The notes under the pieces were generated by a model. That model saw only the letters and a list, made by a program, of their open reading frames with translations. It was not told the origin of the DNA and searched no databases. The position numbers and the translations under genes were made by a program. A stretch of DNA of 60,992 nt, filler included, from Sphacelaria rigidula (taxonomy: Eukaryota), in the NCBI GenBank assembly GCA_964200075.2. It is 9 parts of 9 records of this genome, joined end to end, with 100 filler letters (N's around TTAATTAATTAA, not from the genome) between each part and the next. Parts side by side here need not be neighbours in the genome. Positions count along the whole stretch, not along the records: positions 54,305 to 60,992 come from CAXNAA020018623.1; 8 more parts are not named here. One strand, given 5' to 3'. Each line of letters begins with the position of its first letter. The stretch's first letter is position 1. Positions 60,061 to 60,992 of the stretch are shown here, piece after piece.

Positions 60061-60951
60061 AACATGTTGGAAAACGTGTCGCTTGGACCTGTAGTGGTCT
60101 GGCCACGAGGTGATACTGGTGTCGCCCTCAAGGATCATACCAGGCCAGGGTTGACACGAGACCAGCGGCTGGCCGCAATGAGCGATCGCAGTAGAGAGGA
60201 GCGACCCTCGAAGTCGTGACTAACAGACCCTTGAGTCCGACCAGCACTGCATCGTAAGGCCAAGCAGGGACTCACTTACACGTGCAGAAGAGTGCTCTTG
60301 ACTTGTTTGCAAGCGAGATGTCTCCAGGTGGTGGCTGATAGCTCTGTATTAGGCTTGTTAGGTAGCTAAAAAACGATTGACCGGCCGGGGGGGAATACCG
60401 TACTGCAAAACCCGACAGGAATATAACGCGACTAACGTACAGCTGGAATACGACCTGTCGCCCGTGTCATGCACATCGAGAACGCCTTCTACATAAGCGA
60501 CTGATATCCGCCGTAGCATCTTCCTCTCTTGCTTTGTGCGAGCTGCTAAATGCAAAGTAGGGAGTGTCACAGCTTATTTCATACCGGGGAAAATCCACTC
60601 AAATACATGCCATCAGCCTTACATCGACGGGAAAACAGCGGAATTTCAGGGCTAGCGATGACCACGGGTAAACCTCGTCATGAAAACAAAGGATGGGCCA
60701 AAGCTGGTATTCAGGGGAAAAACTTCATCGTTTGGGGAAAAAATCTCTCGCGCCCTTCCGGATCATAGCGAGTGCTTTCGCATGTATGTGCTATGTCGTC
60801 CCGGGATCCCAGCTACATAGCCTTGTGCATCTAGAATCGTTGAGAGCCCCTGAACTAGACACTATTTCGCGAAAAAAGTGTACCCCTACCGTAGCATTGC
60901 TCTTGCACAACGCTTATTCTACGACATATTTTTTTCTACTCGAAAAGAAGA

Positions 60952-60992
60952 GTGTACTCATGATCATGCATGCCATAGTCATCAGACCATTG
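60952..60992 (-). mobile_element. LINE 3'-terminal element, subfamily B (truncated by window end)
   Basis: GTGTACTCATGATCATGCATGCCATAGTCATCAGACCATTG. A further stub lies at 47390-47416. Confidence 0.75.

Overview
Eukaryotic, intron-rich, repeat-rich DNA, most consistent with a brown alga (Phaeophyceae); the taxon is inferred from gene architecture and TE/LRR style. The window is not one locus. It is nine unrelated contigs of exactly 6688 bp each, joined by eight artificial 100-bp spacers (N44-TTAATTAATTAA-N44). By manual splicing I recover partial multi-exon genes for an EDRF1-like protein (contig 1), nitrate reductase (contig 2), a (QP[DE])n repeat protein (contig 4), a PAO/TIC55-type Rieske oxygenase with a GC-AG intron (contig 7) and a Myb/SANT protein (contig 8). 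Contig 5 holds one intact tRNA-Asp(GTC) next to a remodelled paralogue. Transposons include a decayed Ty3/Gypsy chromovirus, LINE fragments, tRNA-derived SINEs, a pogo-like transposase relic and several MITE families with visible TIRs/TSDs. Two signals stand out. (i) A LINE family has no poly(A) tail, ends in a covarying ~66-72-nt multibranch RNA structure and inserts into oligo(C) tracts with TSDs. (ii) Contig 6 is an intronless island with an unknown 634-aa multi-TM ORF and a virus-type HNH nuclease that abuts a dead LRR/ROCO-type first exon.
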